Shown: positions 30,561 to 41,008, counted from the first letter of the stretch. The stretch: DNA of 64,000 bases from Gammaproteobacteria bacterium (GCA_965221695.1 OZ244905.1:2432001-2496000); one strand, 5' to 3'. Notes: generated by a model from the sequence alone, not told the origin. Made by a program: numbers and translations.

Positions 30561-31442
30561 TTATTTTTGCGCGTCGATATATTTCTTGAAATAAGTCCAA
30601 CTGGTCTCGTTCGTACGGGCGTCGTCGCCAGGAGGCGGGCTCGTGTACTCAGGGTAGTTGGCGTTGATTTCATCCTTCATTAATGCCGGCAAGTCGTCCC
30701 AGCTTTTCAGCTTGCTGCCTACCGCGTTGAAATACATCAATCCAGAGCGTCCTCCCATTTTCATCCACGGTAACCAGGGAGCGATGCGTACCCACGCCAC
30801 GTTGATAGCGGCGGTGTTCTTCGACAGGTCGGCGATATCGTTTATGTTGCCGTTAAAGTCAAAGATTTCTGTCGCATGATAACTGTTGCCGACATAGGGC
30901 TGGTAATCCCCTCCCAGCACATTGGTATAAAACAAGGGCACTTCAAACGCCATGAAAGCAACATCATCAATGACCAGGGGTTCAAACCGGCGTTCCTTGC
31001 CATCCCTGCCCACTGGGAATTGTGGCCGTTGATTGACCGGATCGTTGGCCACGTGCAGGACCTCGACCTTTTCCCCGGTCCAGGGATTGTCCCACTCGCG
31101 CAAGATCTCACCGGTTTTCGGGTCGAGGTACAGCATGATTTCCCGCGATACCAAGCGGTAGCCTTCGCCTTTTTCGGCATCGGTAACGGTAACACATTGC
31201 CTGACATTCATACCCAGCACGTCAAACAACATTTTGTCCCGTTCTCCCGGGACCCTGGCATAGCCTCTGCCCTGCCACATATAGGTGACGGGATCGTTAT
31301 CTTTCAGCGAGCAATGGATTTTGCGCTGCGCCTGGATGTAACCCTTGCCGGTGGCAAAGTCGATTTGCGCCACCGCGCTGTTCGCAGCAAGCAGGGAAAC
31401 GCAGAAGCAAACTTGCGCAACCAGTCCAGTTGAATTCTTCAT
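30561..31442 (-). CDS. Exported DUF1838 family protein
   Basis: VPGE..LF..GMNV, VSREIMLYLDPKTGE, WDNPWTGEKVEVLHVANDPVN, WLPWMKMG; start MKNST at 31442 with SD GAGGG; signal peptide. Confidence 0.8.
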   Translation of the reverse strand: MKNSTGLVAQVCFCVSLLAANSAVAQIDFATGKGYIQAQRKIHCSLKDNDPVTYMWQGRGYARVPGERDKMLFDVLGMNVRQCVTVTDAEKGEGYRLVSREIMLYLDPKTGEILREWDNPWTGEKVEVLHVANDPVNQRPQFPVGRDGKERRFEPLVIDDVAFMAFEVPLFYTNVLGGDYQPYVGNSYHATEIFDFNGNINDIADLSKNTAAINVAWVRIAPWLPWMKMGGRSGLMYFNAVGSKLKSWDDLPALMKDEINANYPEYTSPPPGDDARTNETSWTYFKKYIDAQK

Positions 31443-31529
31443 TTTAAAACCCTCATGATCAGGTTTCTGCACACCCCAATTGTATGTTACTGTTGGCACA
31501 GGTCAGTTAGTAAAAAATCAGTCTTGTTA

Positions 31530-31576
31530 TCATTCAGAAAATAAGACTGCCGGCATCAACAGAGGATGCCGGCAGT
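31530..31576 (-). terminator. Rho-independent terminator or stabilising hairpin after the TonB receptor
   Basis: 12-bp stem ACTGCCGGCATC/GATGCCGGCAGT followed on the - strand by CTTATTTT. Confidence 0.65.
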
Positions 31577-31623
31577 ACGAGAAACCCGGAGAAAATATCG
31601 GGGGAGGAAATTTTCCATACGGG

Positions 31624-34155
31624 TTAAAACCGGTAACGCGCAGTGACTCCGACGCGCCGTTTTTCAGGCAAGGTAATACCGATTGCCCGGTTGAACGGGT
31701 TGAAGGTCAGGTTGTTGGTCTGCACGTAACGGATCAGCGCGGCGGAGTCCTCGTTGTCAAACAGGTTATCCACCCAGACTTCAATATCGAAATTCCCGCC
31801 CCTAATGCCGCCGCGCAGGTTAACGACCTCCCTGTTGCCGGTATGGGCCAGATTGTAGACCTGCGCGTAACGCTTCGAGTTGTAATTCAGGTCGGCGCGC
31901 AGGAACCAGGACCAGTCATTTGTCATATTACCGTGCAAGGTATTGGACAGGTTAAACTGGTGTCTGGATGTCTGCGGTAAGTGGGTGCCGCTGATGATCA
32001 CGTCACCGCTTGCGGAGTAACCGTTAATCAGCGCCGCTTCGCGGAACGCCGAGCCCGCTGATGCGCCGGCGTCCACTGACTGGATGAACTCATCAATTTC
32101 AGTGTCGGTCCAGGCATAACCGATGCGCGCATCCCAGAAATCCGTCAGTTGCGCGGAAAGATCGAGTTCGATCCCGTTGACAGTGGCTTTACCAACGTTT
32201 TCCAGGATGGAAAAGGTGCGCGGTTGGCCGTTGACCACGGCGGCCCGGGTGGAGGTGAGTTGCATGTCCTGCCAGTCAATGTGATACACCGCAGCATTGG
32301 CGACCACGCGGTTGTCCATCCACGCGGATTTCATCCCGAGCTCGAAGTTCCAGGCGGTTTCCTCATCAACCTCCCTATCAGCCTCCGGGAGCCCTGCCTG
32401 GTTGTTCAGGCTGCCTGGTTTATTGCCCTTGCCGATATTGGCGTAGACCAGCAACCTGTCGGTTGCCTTGTATTTCACTGAAACCTTGGGCAGAAAGGCG
32501 TTGAACGAACCTTTAACGCTTTCATCTGCGCCGGCCGGGGTGATATCGAAATCGTCTTCGTTATAGCGGAACTCAAGGCCGATGCCCAGTTTTTCCGTGA
32601 AGTCAAACTCCATAAAACCGAATACCGACCAGCTCTCGATTTCCTCCCGACCATCGTCCCTGGCCGGCGCGCCTTCATAAAACGCGCTGGTTGAAATGAC
32701 CGCGGGCGCAAAAGTCGGGTTGAAAGGAGCAAACAACCGGGTGCCATCGATATAAGTTGACGTAGTGGTGTCGAAAGAAGTGATCAGATCTTCTTTCATG
32801 TCCGATTCGTAATAGTAGAATCCCAGCATATAGCGCAGCGCCTCGCCGGCGTCATAACTTAGGCGGATTTCCTGGGAAAAATCATCGAAATTATCATTTT
32901 CGGCGGTCAGGAACCCGACCCTTGAGAAGATACGCGGCGCCGCGGAGAACGGTTGTACCGTGAACGGCAGACCAACGCCGACGACCGGCATCCTGGTATC
33001 GCCGCCACCGAAAGTCTGGTCCTGCGCGGCATTTATTTCCACATCGCTATAGCCTGTTACCGACGTGACCGTCATCGCCTCTGTCAGGTCAAACTCGGCC
33101 TTCAGTCCCAGCCGCAAGCTGTCCCGCTCGGTGCCCATATCATCGAAGAAGCTGGTTTCGATCATTGTGTCGCCGTTATTGGCCGCCAGCACATCATCCA
33201 CATCCATGCGCCCGCAATAATAGCCGCTACCGTTGTAACCGGCTGAATTCACCGTGTTCGCGCTGGCCTCGGGTGTGCCCGCGGGCGGGAGGGGTTGGGC
33301 AAGCGGTCCGCCCCGGGTGACCTGGTAGCAATTGTTCGCGCTGGATGACTGCACGGCAATCGCGTAGTGGTCGTCTTCGGTCTCCTCGTACATGATGTGG
33401 GCTTGCAGGTTTACCCTGTCATTGGGGCTAAGGGTCAGGACTGCGGTGATACTGCTTGTCTCTTCGCCGCCTACATCGTCGCTAATGGCCGGGGTGCCCA
33501 GCGGGTTGCCCGGAAAGTGGTTATCGTATTCGCCGTCGCGCTCGTAGTGACTCAGGGTAATCGCGAAACCCGCGGAGTCCCCCAATGGGCCGCTGCCGTG
33601 TATCTCAGCCCGAAAATGATCGCGCTCTCCATACTCTGCAGTGACCTCACCCTCAAACTCATCGCCGGGTTTTTTTAACACATAATTAACTGCGCCGGCC
33701 AGGGTGGAGCGGCCATACAATGCGCTTTGCGGGCCTTTCACCACTTCCACCCGCTCCAGGGCAGCCAAGGGAACGCTGGCGTTGCCTTCCTCAACGATGA
33801 TGCCGTCGATGAAAAGGCCGGCATTGGCGCGGCCAAGAATATTGGCCTGGCCTCTTATGACCGGACGAAAATCGTTCCTGCCGAAGGCCTGGGCGAAGTC
33901 GAAGCCCGGCGTGTAATCAGCAATATCCTGCAAGGAAGTGATACCCCGCTCTTCCAGCGCCGCTTCCGTAAACGCGTTCACCGTCAGGGGAATATCCTGC
34001 AGGTTTTCCTCGCGCTTTCTAGCTGTGACGATAATCTCTTCTATGGAGTCCTGGGCGAACGTAGTCAATGGAACTAATGAGGTCAACGTGAATACGATGG
34101 CCAGCGCCAGACCACCCGAACGGATCCAACAACGATGTAAATGATGCGTGAACAT
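31624..34155 (-). CDS. TonB-dependent receptor
   Basis: IEEIIVTARKREE, VEVVKGPQSALYGR, ends ARYRF; start 34155 with SD AGGGGG. Confidence 0.95.
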   Translation of the reverse strand: MFTHHLHRCWIRSGGLALAIVFTLTSLVPLTTFAQDSIEEIIVTARKREENLQDIPLTVNAFTEAALEERGITSLQDIADYTPGFDFAQAFGRNDFRPVIRGQANILGRANAGLFIDGIIVEEGNASVPLAALERVEVVKGPQSALYGRSTLAGAVNYVLKKPGDEFEGEVTAEYGERDHFRAEIHGSGPLGDSAGFAITLSHYERDGEYDNHFPGNPLGTPAISDDVGGEETSSITAVLTLSPNDRVNLQAHIMYEETEDDHYAIAVQSSSANNCYQVTRGGPLAQPLPPAGTPEASANTVNSAGYNGSGYYCGRMDVDDVLAANNGDTMIETSFFDDMGTERDSLRLGLKAEFDLTEAMTVTSVTGYSDVEINAAQDQTFGGGDTRMPVVGVGLPFTVQPFSAAPRIFSRVGFLTAENDNFDDFSQEIRLSYDAGEALRYMLGFYYYESDMKEDLITSFDTTTSTYIDGTRLFAPFNPTFAPAVISTSAFYEGAPARDDGREEIESWSVFGFMEFDFTEKLGIGLEFRYNEDDFDITPAGADESVKGSFNAFLPKVSVKYKATDRLLVYANIGKGNKPGSLNNQAGLPEADREVDEETAWNFELGMKSAWMDNRVVANAAVYHIDWQDMQLTSTRAAVVNGQPRTFSILENVGKATVNGIELDLSAQLTDFWDARIGYAWTDTEIDEFIQSVDAGASAGSAFREAALINGYSASGDVIISGTHLPQTSRHQFNLSNTLHGNMTNDWSWFLRADLNYNSKRYAQVYNLAHTGNREVVNLRGGIRGGNFDIEVWVDNLFDNEDSAALIRYVQTNNLTFNPFNRAIGITLPEKRRVGVTARYRF

Positions 34156-34221
34156 AATAACTGCCCCCTGCCTGATCTCAAGGTGTATGAGAATGTTTGC
34201 CTGTTGTTGCAATTGTAAGAA

Positions 34222-34239
34222 TGTTATATCTTTATATCA
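34222..34239. promoter_or_regulatory. Overlapping operator-like sites TGTTATATCT / CTTTATATCA
   Basis: About 70 bp upstream of the TonB receptor start. Confidence 0.55.
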
Positions 34240-34327
34240 TTTAAGACGATGTGTCAACCAATGTCAACATTAATTTTACAATATGCGTTGGTATGATAGG
34301 GAGCATCCGTGAACATCGCCGCCTTAT

Positions 34328-34380
34328 CACTCCCGCAACAGCGGGAGTCCGTCAAATACTGTGTCGCCTGGAAGGCGACT
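34328..34380. repeat. REP family D copy
   Basis: CACTCCCGCAACAGCGGGAGTCC...GTCGCCTGGAAGGCGAC. Confidence 0.72.
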
Positions 34381-34416
34381 CTTTAAGTATGCGTTTGCGT
34401 TGACTGGCATGAGAGG

Positions 34417-35838
34417 TCAAGACAGACGTTCAATCACTTCCTGTGCCCCTCGGTCGCCGGATTTGACGGCTGCTTCCATGCCGGATGCGGAAGGTTCGGT
34501 GTGGGCGCCGATGAAATGCAAGCGGCCCTCGGGCCGGCTGACGGCCTGGCTGAACTGCCCGACCCCACCCGCTAGGTAGTGGGAAAACGCGCCGTAGGCG
34601 AAAGGGTTTTTCCCCCAGGCGATGACCCGTTCCACTTCAAGTTGCGATTTGGTAGCGGGCCTGGCATGTGCCAGCAACGCGATGACATGTTGGCCGAGTT
34701 CGCTGTCCGGCATGCTCTCAAGGCGAGCAGCCGCTGCGCCCTGGATCCAGGCGCGTAAACGTATCACTTCGCCCTGTTCATTGGTCTGTGTGAAAATCCT
34801 GCCCATATCGGTATCGGTCCACATATTCGGGCTGAAGCCATCGGCAAGCCAGAACGGACTTTTCGGTTTCAGCAGCACATGGGTCACAGGGGTATATCCC
34901 ATACGCGTGATCGCCTGTTGCTTGGGACGGGATATGGGCGCCTGGATGTCCAGCCGCCGCAACACGCTGAACGGCAGGGCAAGCAGGCACAACCGGCAAG
35001 TGTAGCTGTCGGAATCGGCGGTGTGCAGCCGTACCCCTGTGCCGGTGGTAGAAATACCCGTTACCTGCTTGCCTGTCTCCACAAAAGCCCTGATTGAGGC
35101 ATGCATGGCATCGGGCAATCGTTGCGTGCCGCCGCTGACATCCTCCGGCGCGCCGGCGCCCTGCAGTATCGCGAGCTTGCGCAGCAGGTCCAGCGCCGAC
35201 AGCGTCTCGATGCTCTCGCCGTTCAGGTTGGCATCGACCAGTCTCAGCGCTTCTTCATCGGCGCCCATTTGTTGCAGGTAAGCTTGCAACGGGATGTCCA
35301 TCACGCTGTTTTCGGATTTCCACCAGTCCAACGGGTCGGCCAGGAAGCGGCCGTTGCGCAGCAGCCTGGGCAACAACCCGTATGGCGGCGTGTCTTTCAG
35401 GCTTTCCGGCAACAGGTTACCCGGGCTGTCACCCCATGTCTCAACGGCGCTGAGATGACCGTTCACCAGCAGCGTCATCCCCGGCGCGCCGGCGCTGATG
35501 GAGGTGGTCGTTATCTTCAACTCATCCAGCGCCCGGTTAAGCGCCTGGTAATTGGTCCCGATGCGGGCGCCGCCAGCTTCCGGCCGGCCGGGCAGGTCAT
35601 CGAGCGTATGGACCCGTCCGCCAATCCGTTGCGACCCCTCCAACAACAAAAAATCCACGCCTTGCTGTTGTAATAGTCGTCCCGCCTGTAATCCGGCAAG
35701 TCCGCCGCCGATAACAATAACGTCAAAATGTTTACGCGCAGCGAAAGCAGGTCGGCACAGACTGGAAAATGCAGCCGCCGCGCTCACCCGGAGCAGTTTG
35801 CGGCGGGTGATATCGGTTGAGGTTAGCAGGCGTTGCAT
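34417..35838 (-). CDS. Tat-exported flavin monoamine oxidase family protein
   Basis: TRRKLL signal, VIGGGLAGL, RIGGRVHT, GMEAAVKSGDRGA. Confidence 0.88.
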   Translation of the reverse strand: MQRLLTSTDITRRKLLRVSAAAAFSSLCRPAFAARKHFDVIVIGGGLAGLQAGRLLQQQGVDFLLLEGSQRIGGRVHTLDDLPGRPEAGGARIGTNYQALNRALDELKITTTSISAGAPGMTLLVNGHLSAVETWGDSPGNLLPESLKDTPPYGLLPRLLRNGRFLADPLDWWKSENSVMDIPLQAYLQQMGADEEALRLVDANLNGESIETLSALDLLRKLAILQGAGAPEDVSGGTQRLPDAMHASIRAFVETGKQVTGISTTGTGVRLHTADSDSYTCRLCLLALPFSVLRRLDIQAPISRPKQQAITRMGYTPVTHVLLKPKSPFWLADGFSPNMWTDTDMGRIFTQTNEQGEVIRLRAWIQGAAAARLESMPDSELGQHVIALLAHARPATKSQLEVERVIAWGKNPFAYGAFSHYLAGGVGQFSQAVSRPEGRLHFIGAHTEPSASGMEAAVKSGDRGAQEVIERLS

Positions 35839-35928
35839 TTCAATGTGCCTTCGAGCGGAATCCGGGGCAGTCAATTTGTCATGTTTCAGTCTTCTTGCGC
35901 AGTGCAACCGCCAGCCCGCCAGTCTGAC

Positions 35929-35954
35929 GCGGGTGAGACGCCCGCGCCCCCAGG
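35929..35954. repeat. REP family C copy
   Basis: GCGGGTGAGACGCCCGCGCCCCCAGG, inverted relative to 24895. Confidence 0.6.
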
Positions 35955-36015
35955 GAAGCGGTGAAACACATAATATGCGTTTGTCATGTCTTCTTACCAG
36001 AGAAAACAGCCGTTG

Positions 36016-37146
36016 CTAATTGTTGATCCTCACCAGTTCGAATTCTGTTGTTGGAGGGTTCTCAATCTGCGGCTGATCCAGGATCTGCCAGCTTACGCCG
36101 TCCGGACCGGTAAACAGGAACGAGCGTTCCGAAAACTCGTTCTGCATGATGCTTGATGGTTGCAAACCCTGTTCGCGGGCAAGTTCATGCACATATTCCA
36201 GCGCCGGTGTATACAAGCTGTGCAGGGTTATGCCCAGTTCCCCGACACGCTGGTGACGGCTGCGGTCACGCACATGCTCAGGGTCCCGCGCACTGATGAA
36301 TTTCAGCTTGCCGCAGATATTGTTCGGTGAGACAAAGCCCCGGTACCAATGGCTTTCTCCGGGTTCCATAAGAAATACCTGGCCCGGCCCTTTTTGCCAG
36401 TCGCCGTCGATCACAGGTTCATTTTCCGCCAGAAAACCAAGCACGGACATATAGTATTCTGTCACCTCCTCCAGGTCTCCGTTGACGATAAAATCATGGT
36501 GGGTGAATTCGCTGGTCTGCAATGGCGCCGCCTCGTTGACAGTGCCGTAGCCGGGGATCGTGTAACCGTAACGTTGAAAGAATACGTGATTAAACAGCCG
36601 CCCGTACACGGCATTTTCGCGCACGCCGGCACGCCTGTCCTTGATGGATCGCTTGCCGGTATCCAGACCGTACAAGTCGTCGAAAACCGGCTCCGTGCTC
36701 AACCATGGCTCGCCGGCCTTGTTGCGTAAATCGAGAAACGTGTCATGCACGCGATGGATATCGCGGGTGCGCATCACCGCCATGCGCTGGCCCACGGTCT
36801 CCGGCGGCGCATAGCCGACTCCCGCGCCCAGAGGTTGTTCCCATTCCAGTATGCGCAGCAGCCCATGACTGTCAATCGCGCCATTCTGCATACGGATTGA
36901 ACGCAACCCGGAATTCACCCCGTACAATTTCTGCGCGCTTGCGCCGTCTATGCTGGCCTCATTTTTTACGCTGAAACCGAACTCGGTAAAGTACTCGACC
37001 AGTTGCTCGGCGTCATCGGTTCCGACCATGACCTCGTATACGCCGCTGATCCCTGTCTCAGGCAACTCTCTGTCAATGGCGAATGCCTGGGTTTGCAGCG
37101 CCGCCGGTAACAACGCCAGCAATACTGTAATAACAGTCTTGTTCAC
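36016..37146 (-). CDS. Exported VOC/glyoxalase-fold protein (multi-module)
   Basis: Signal peptide; repeated VOC modules, NEFSERSFLFTGPDGVSWQI. Confidence 0.7.
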   Translation of the reverse strand: MNKTVITVLLALLPAALQTQAFAIDRELPETGISGVYEVMVGTDDAEQLVEYFTEFGFSVKNEASIDGASAQKLYGVNSGLRSIRMQNGAIDSHGLLRILEWEQPLGAGVGYAPPETVGQRMAVMRTRDIHRVHDTFLDLRNKAGEPWLSTEPVFDDLYGLDTGKRSIKDRRAGVRENAVYGRLFNHVFFQRYGYTIPGYGTVNEAAPLQTSEFTHHDFIVNGDLEEVTEYYMSVLGFLAENEPVIDGDWQKGPGQVFLMEPGESHWYRGFVSPNNICGKLKFISARDPEHVRDRSRHQRVGELGITLHSLYTPALEYVHELAREQGLQPSSIMQNEFSERSFLFTGPDGVSWQILDQPQIENPPTTEFELVRINN

Positions 37147-37192
37147 AATCAGAAACCTATAGCTGTGATATCAGTAATTCACTCAAAGCCGC

Positions 37193-38539
37193 TCAATCTC
37201 CTGCGCGCAGCATATCCGCGCAGGCGCCGGCATACAGTCGCAGGGTTACCGGAACCAGCAACAGCACCGGTACGCCGTAGATGAACGGCAGCAGCGCCAT
37301 GGAATATTTCAAGCCCAGTTCGCCAAAGACCTGGTCGTTGAGGATCCCTATGGTGGTCGGCCCGAGCAGCAATCCGGCCAGGCTGATGGCCATGTAATAA
37401 AACGCAACCACCTGGGCGCGGATCTCGCCGGGGGTCATGTTCAGCAATGCAGTCACGCCGGTTGCGGTAGTCATGGCCAGGCCCACTGCATTGATGCCGA
37501 ACATCAGCATGGCCATGCCGCCTGTCGGCATTAACGGCGCGATAACCCCGGTAATCACCATGATGAATGCGCCGATGATGGCAATGCGTAACGCGGCGTC
37601 GGTCACCCCGGCGGCATACCAGCGGTCACAAAGCCAGCCGGCCAGGTTCACTGTTGCCGGGCCCACGGCCAGCAGCACGATGCCGTTTACCAGTGCGAAC
37701 TGTGACGCTTCCCAACCCCAGGTGCGCATGAACAGGGCCGCGCTCCACCCCTGGCTGTAAGCGACGGTAGTCATCAGACAGAAGATGGTCAGGAAGCTGG
37801 CAAAGGCCTTCCATCTTTGCAGCACGAACTTCAAGGTATCGATTAATGACGCATTGCCCAGGCCCGCGGTCATGCCCCGTTCCTGCCGCTTTGGCTCCCG
37901 CAATACAAAAAACAGCAATGCCAGCGCAAACCCCGGCAATCCCACGGCAATGAATGCAAATTGCCAGGGCGCAACCGTTCCAATCCACGGCAGGTTGGTT
38001 TCAGGGGAGGACTTGGCCCAGACCAGTACCGTCGCGCTGAACAGTGACGCAATGGCTGCGCCGATGGATATGGCCATGCTGTAAAATGCGATAGGCTTGG
38101 CCCGGCGCTCCTTGGGAAAGCTGTCGGAAATCATGGAGATGGCGCACGGGCTCAGGGTCGCCTCGCCGATGCCTACGCTCATGCGGGCTATGAACATCTG
38201 GAAGAAATTCTTTACCAGGCCGGAGGCGACGGTCGCCGCGGACCAGACCGTGATGCCCACCGCCACGATCCAGCCGCGCCGGTAGCGGTCCGCGAGCCAG
38301 CCCAGGGGCAGTCCCATGGTGGCATAGAATATCGCAAACGCGGGTCCCAGCAACAGGCCAAGTTGCGTGTCCGAGAAGCCGAGATCAGCTTTAATCGGCT
38401 CCACCAGCAGCCCCAGCATGAACCGGTCTATGAAGGAACAAACATAGGCAATAGTCAGCAGTATTACCATATACCAGGCATAACGGGCGCTGGGATAGGC
38501 GCTATGGGTTTGTTGTTCTGATTTTGTGGAATTATTCAT
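37193..38539 (-). CDS. MFS transporter (spinster-like)
   Basis: SFIDR..LLVEPIKADLGFSDTQLGLL, RMSVGIGEATLSP, ISDSFPKERR. Confidence 0.9.
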   Translation of the reverse strand: MNNSTKSEQQTHSAYPSARYAWYMVILLTIAYVCSFIDRFMLGLLVEPIKADLGFSDTQLGLLLGPAFAIFYATMGLPLGWLADRYRRGWIVAVGITVWSAATVASGLVKNFFQMFIARMSVGIGEATLSPCAISMISDSFPKERRAKPIAFYSMAISIGAAIASLFSATVLVWAKSSPETNLPWIGTVAPWQFAFIAVGLPGFALALLFFVLREPKRQERGMTAGLGNASLIDTLKFVLQRWKAFASFLTIFCLMTTVAYSQGWSAALFMRTWGWEASQFALVNGIVLLAVGPATVNLAGWLCDRWYAAGVTDAALRIAIIGAFIMVITGVIAPLMPTGGMAMLMFGINAVGLAMTTATGVTALLNMTPGEIRAQVVAFYYMAISLAGLLLGPTTIGILNDQVFGELGLKYSMALLPFIYGVPVLLLVPVTLRLYAGACADMLRAGD

Positions 38540-39515
38540 CGATTCGTGTCAGTCCGGCCTGGAACCAGCGCACATTCAGACCCACTCGATGTGAATCCGG
38601 ATCAGTCCAGGAATAAGAGAGTGTGTAGCCGGTACTGTCTTCGATGATTCCGATTTTCAGAACCGGTATTTGGGTTTGCTGGTAGGTCAGGGTCTCCAAC
38701 GACAAGGTATAGCCGGTATTATTGCCGCTTTCATCCAGCAGGGGTATTTTCTGGCCTTCGTTATGCATCCTTCCGATCTTCGTGAAGACCCAGTCTGACA
38801 GGTCGGCGCCGGCATCGACCTTGTGTTTTTTTACCGCCATCCAGCCCCGGTAGAATTTCACTTTCCTGTTTTTATGCGGCACATCATGACCGAATATGCG
38901 GTTGCCGCCGGCATCATGGGCCTGGTCCTGAATCCATATCCACGAGTCGGTCAGGCGCAAGGTATCGTTGATATATATTCTTTTGCCCGTTTGTCTTGAG
39001 ATAATCGAACAAGCGTCCTGTTTCATGTAGCCGTCATAATATTCGCCATTCCATTTCCAGAACACCTCGCAACCGGGCAGGGTCTTCAATTCATCCAGGT
39101 CCAAGTCTTCAAGTATCGCTGGTTGCTGGTCGGCCAGCCGGTACTTCAGTTCGTCGGCGAATGAATAGATGGTCAACAGAATGGCGTTTTCCTGATCATC
39201 AATGGAAAACCGGTAGAGCCGCTGCCGGTAGACCTTGTCGTAGTCGCCGTCAATGTACTGCTTGACAAAAAATACGTTGTCGCCCAGCGCGGGAACACGG
39301 GCCGGCTTGAAGATGTGATGGATATGCTCGAGGATATCCTGCTCATTGTCTTGTTTCTGTTGCCAGACCTGTTCGTAGTTATCGAATTCCCCCTCGAACC
39401 AGTCAAGAAATCGGGCAAAGTCTGCTTCGGTTGCGGCGCTGCATAAGGGTGCGCTTAACCAGGCAAACGTGAGCGCGAATACCAGAAATACAGATCGGCT
39501 CACCGGCTTAACCAC
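38532..39515 (-). CDS. Exported CpcT/CpeT-family (bilin lyase-like) protein with C-terminal extension
   Basis: GEFDNYEQ, YRQRLY, LPGCEV, conserved second Cys (DACS), DQAHDAGGNRIFG match T-type lyase motifs; N-terminal signal peptide. Confidence 0.75.
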   Translation of the reverse strand: MVKPVSRSVFLVFALTFAWLSAPLCSAATEADFARFLDWFEGEFDNYEQVWQQKQDNEQDILEHIHHIFKPARVPALGDNVFFVKQYIDGDYDKVYRQRLYRFSIDDQENAILLTIYSFADELKYRLADQQPAILEDLDLDELKTLPGCEVFWKWNGEYYDGYMKQDACSIISRQTGKRIYINDTLRLTDSWIWIQDQAHDAGGNRIFGHDVPHKNRKVKFYRGWMAVKKHKVDAGADLSDWVFTKIGRMHNEGQKIPLLDESGNNTGYTLSLETLTYQQTQIPVLKIGIIEDSTGYTLSYSWTDPDSHRVGLNVRWFQAGLTRIDE

Positions 39516-39988
39516 TGATTCGCCTCAATAAAATAACCATTCGGGTCAAAAAAGCTCATGCACAGCAGCTTGAATACGCCACCGTCGGGCTTGGGATATT
39601 CGGACACATGGGGTTCGCTTTTTATGTGCACCCCGGGAACATCCAGCAACTCGCGATGCGCTTGCTCAGCGTCAGCAACACTCATCACGAATACGGTATC
39701 ACCGACACCCAGTCTTTTTGGATACTCGCCCCTTTCCGGCAATGGCGGGTCCAGGTATTGCAGTATGCCGAGCATGCCGATGTAGGGATCGTTTGCCTTG
39801 AGGATGACCAGGCGCGCCTTTGAACCCGGCTCGCCGGCCGGCAAACCGAGACCGGAAATAACCAGTTCATTATCGTAGTAGGTTTCCAGGCCAAGAATAT
39901 CACGATAGATTTTCAGCGGCGTTTCAATCTCGTTCACCAGCATCGTGGCGCGGCGAAAATCGGTGGGTACTTTACTCATCGCAGGCAT
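39500..39988 (-). CDS. VOC/glyoxalase family protein
   Basis: YRDILGL and FFDPNGYFIE motifs. Confidence 0.85.
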   Translation of the reverse strand: MPAMSKVPTDFRRATMLVNEIETPLKIYRDILGLETYYDNELVISGLGLPAGEPGSKARLVILKANDPYIGMLGILQYLDPPLPERGEYPKRLGVGDTVFVMSVADAEQAHRELLDVPGVHIKSEPHVSEYPKPDGGVFKLLCMSFFDPNGYFIEANQWLSR

Positions 39989-40012
39989 CCTCCTCGGATA
40001 ACGTGTGAAGTT

Positions 40013-41008
40013 TCACTCAGCGACCTTAACGATGGCCTTGCCGAAGTTTTCTCCCCGCATCAGGCGGCAAAACAGCGCGGGCGCGTGCGCAAGTCCTTGC
40101 ACGCAGTCTTCCCTGTAGCAGAGCTCTCCCTGTTTCAGCCACTGGCTGACCTGCCGCTCGAACTCGGGGCGCAGGTCTTCATGATCATAGACAACCAGGC
40201 CGCGCACAGTGGCCCTGGCCTTGATGATGAAGCCCGGATTGGGTCCGGGAGGCAACTCGTCCGTGTTGTACTGCGCGATCAACCCGCACAGGATAACCCT
40301 GGCGCCCAACGCCAGTTGTTCCATACAGGCTTGCAACAGGTCGCCACCCACGTTATCGAAATAGACATCAATACCGTCGGGACAGGCGCGCCTGAGACTG
40401 TCTCTGAGCGTTTCCGTTTTGTAATTGATACAGTGATCGAAGCCGGCTTGCGCTACCGTCCAGCGGCATTTTTCCTCGGAACCGGCAATACCGACCACGC
40501 GGCAACCCTGGCGCTTGGCGATCTGTCCGACCATTGACCCGACCGGGCCGGACGCGGCTGAGACAACCACCGTGTCTTGTGCTCTCAAATCGGCGAGCCG
40601 GGTCATCCCGGCATAGGCAGTCAGGCCCGGCATCCCCAGGATGCCGAGCAGGGTGGATAGTGGTCCGAGTTCCGGGTTTACCGGCCGCGCTGCGTCTTCC
40701 CCGACAACCGGGTGGCTTTGCCAGCCGCTGTGAGCAGCGACGATATCGCCCTGTTTGAACCGGTCCGAGTTCGATTCCAGAACCCTGCTGATGGCTTCTC
40801 CGGCCATCAGGTCACCCACGTTGATCGCGCCGGAAATATGCCGGCCGCTGATCTTTCCGCGCAGGTACGGGTCCAATGACAGGCATAAAGTCTCACATAA
40901 CAACTCCTGCGCATCGGGCTTACGTAACGCTGAGTTGACCAGTTCGAAATCCTGCTCTTTGGGCAATCCCTCGGTTCTTTGTTTCAGTAAAACCCGTGTA
41001 TTATTCAT
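40013..41008 (-). CDS. NADP-dependent ene-reductase (prostaglandin reductase/CurA-like MDR)
   Basis: LSLDPYLRG, LGMPGLTAY, VSAASGPVGS, GIDVYFDNVGG, GENFGK. Confidence 0.92.
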   Translation of the reverse strand: MNNTRVLLKQRTEGLPKEQDFELVNSALRKPDAQELLCETLCLSLDPYLRGKISGRHISGAINVGDLMAGEAISRVLESNSDRFKQGDIVAAHSGWQSHPVVGEDAARPVNPELGPLSTLLGILGMPGLTAYAGMTRLADLRAQDTVVVSAASGPVGSMVGQIAKRQGCRVVGIAGSEEKCRWTVAQAGFDHCINYKTETLRDSLRRACPDGIDVYFDNVGGDLLQACMEQLALGARVILCGLIAQYNTDELPPGPNPGFIIKARATVRGLVVYDHEDLRPEFERQVSQWLKQGELCYREDCVQGLAHAPALFCRLMRGENFGKAIVKVAE

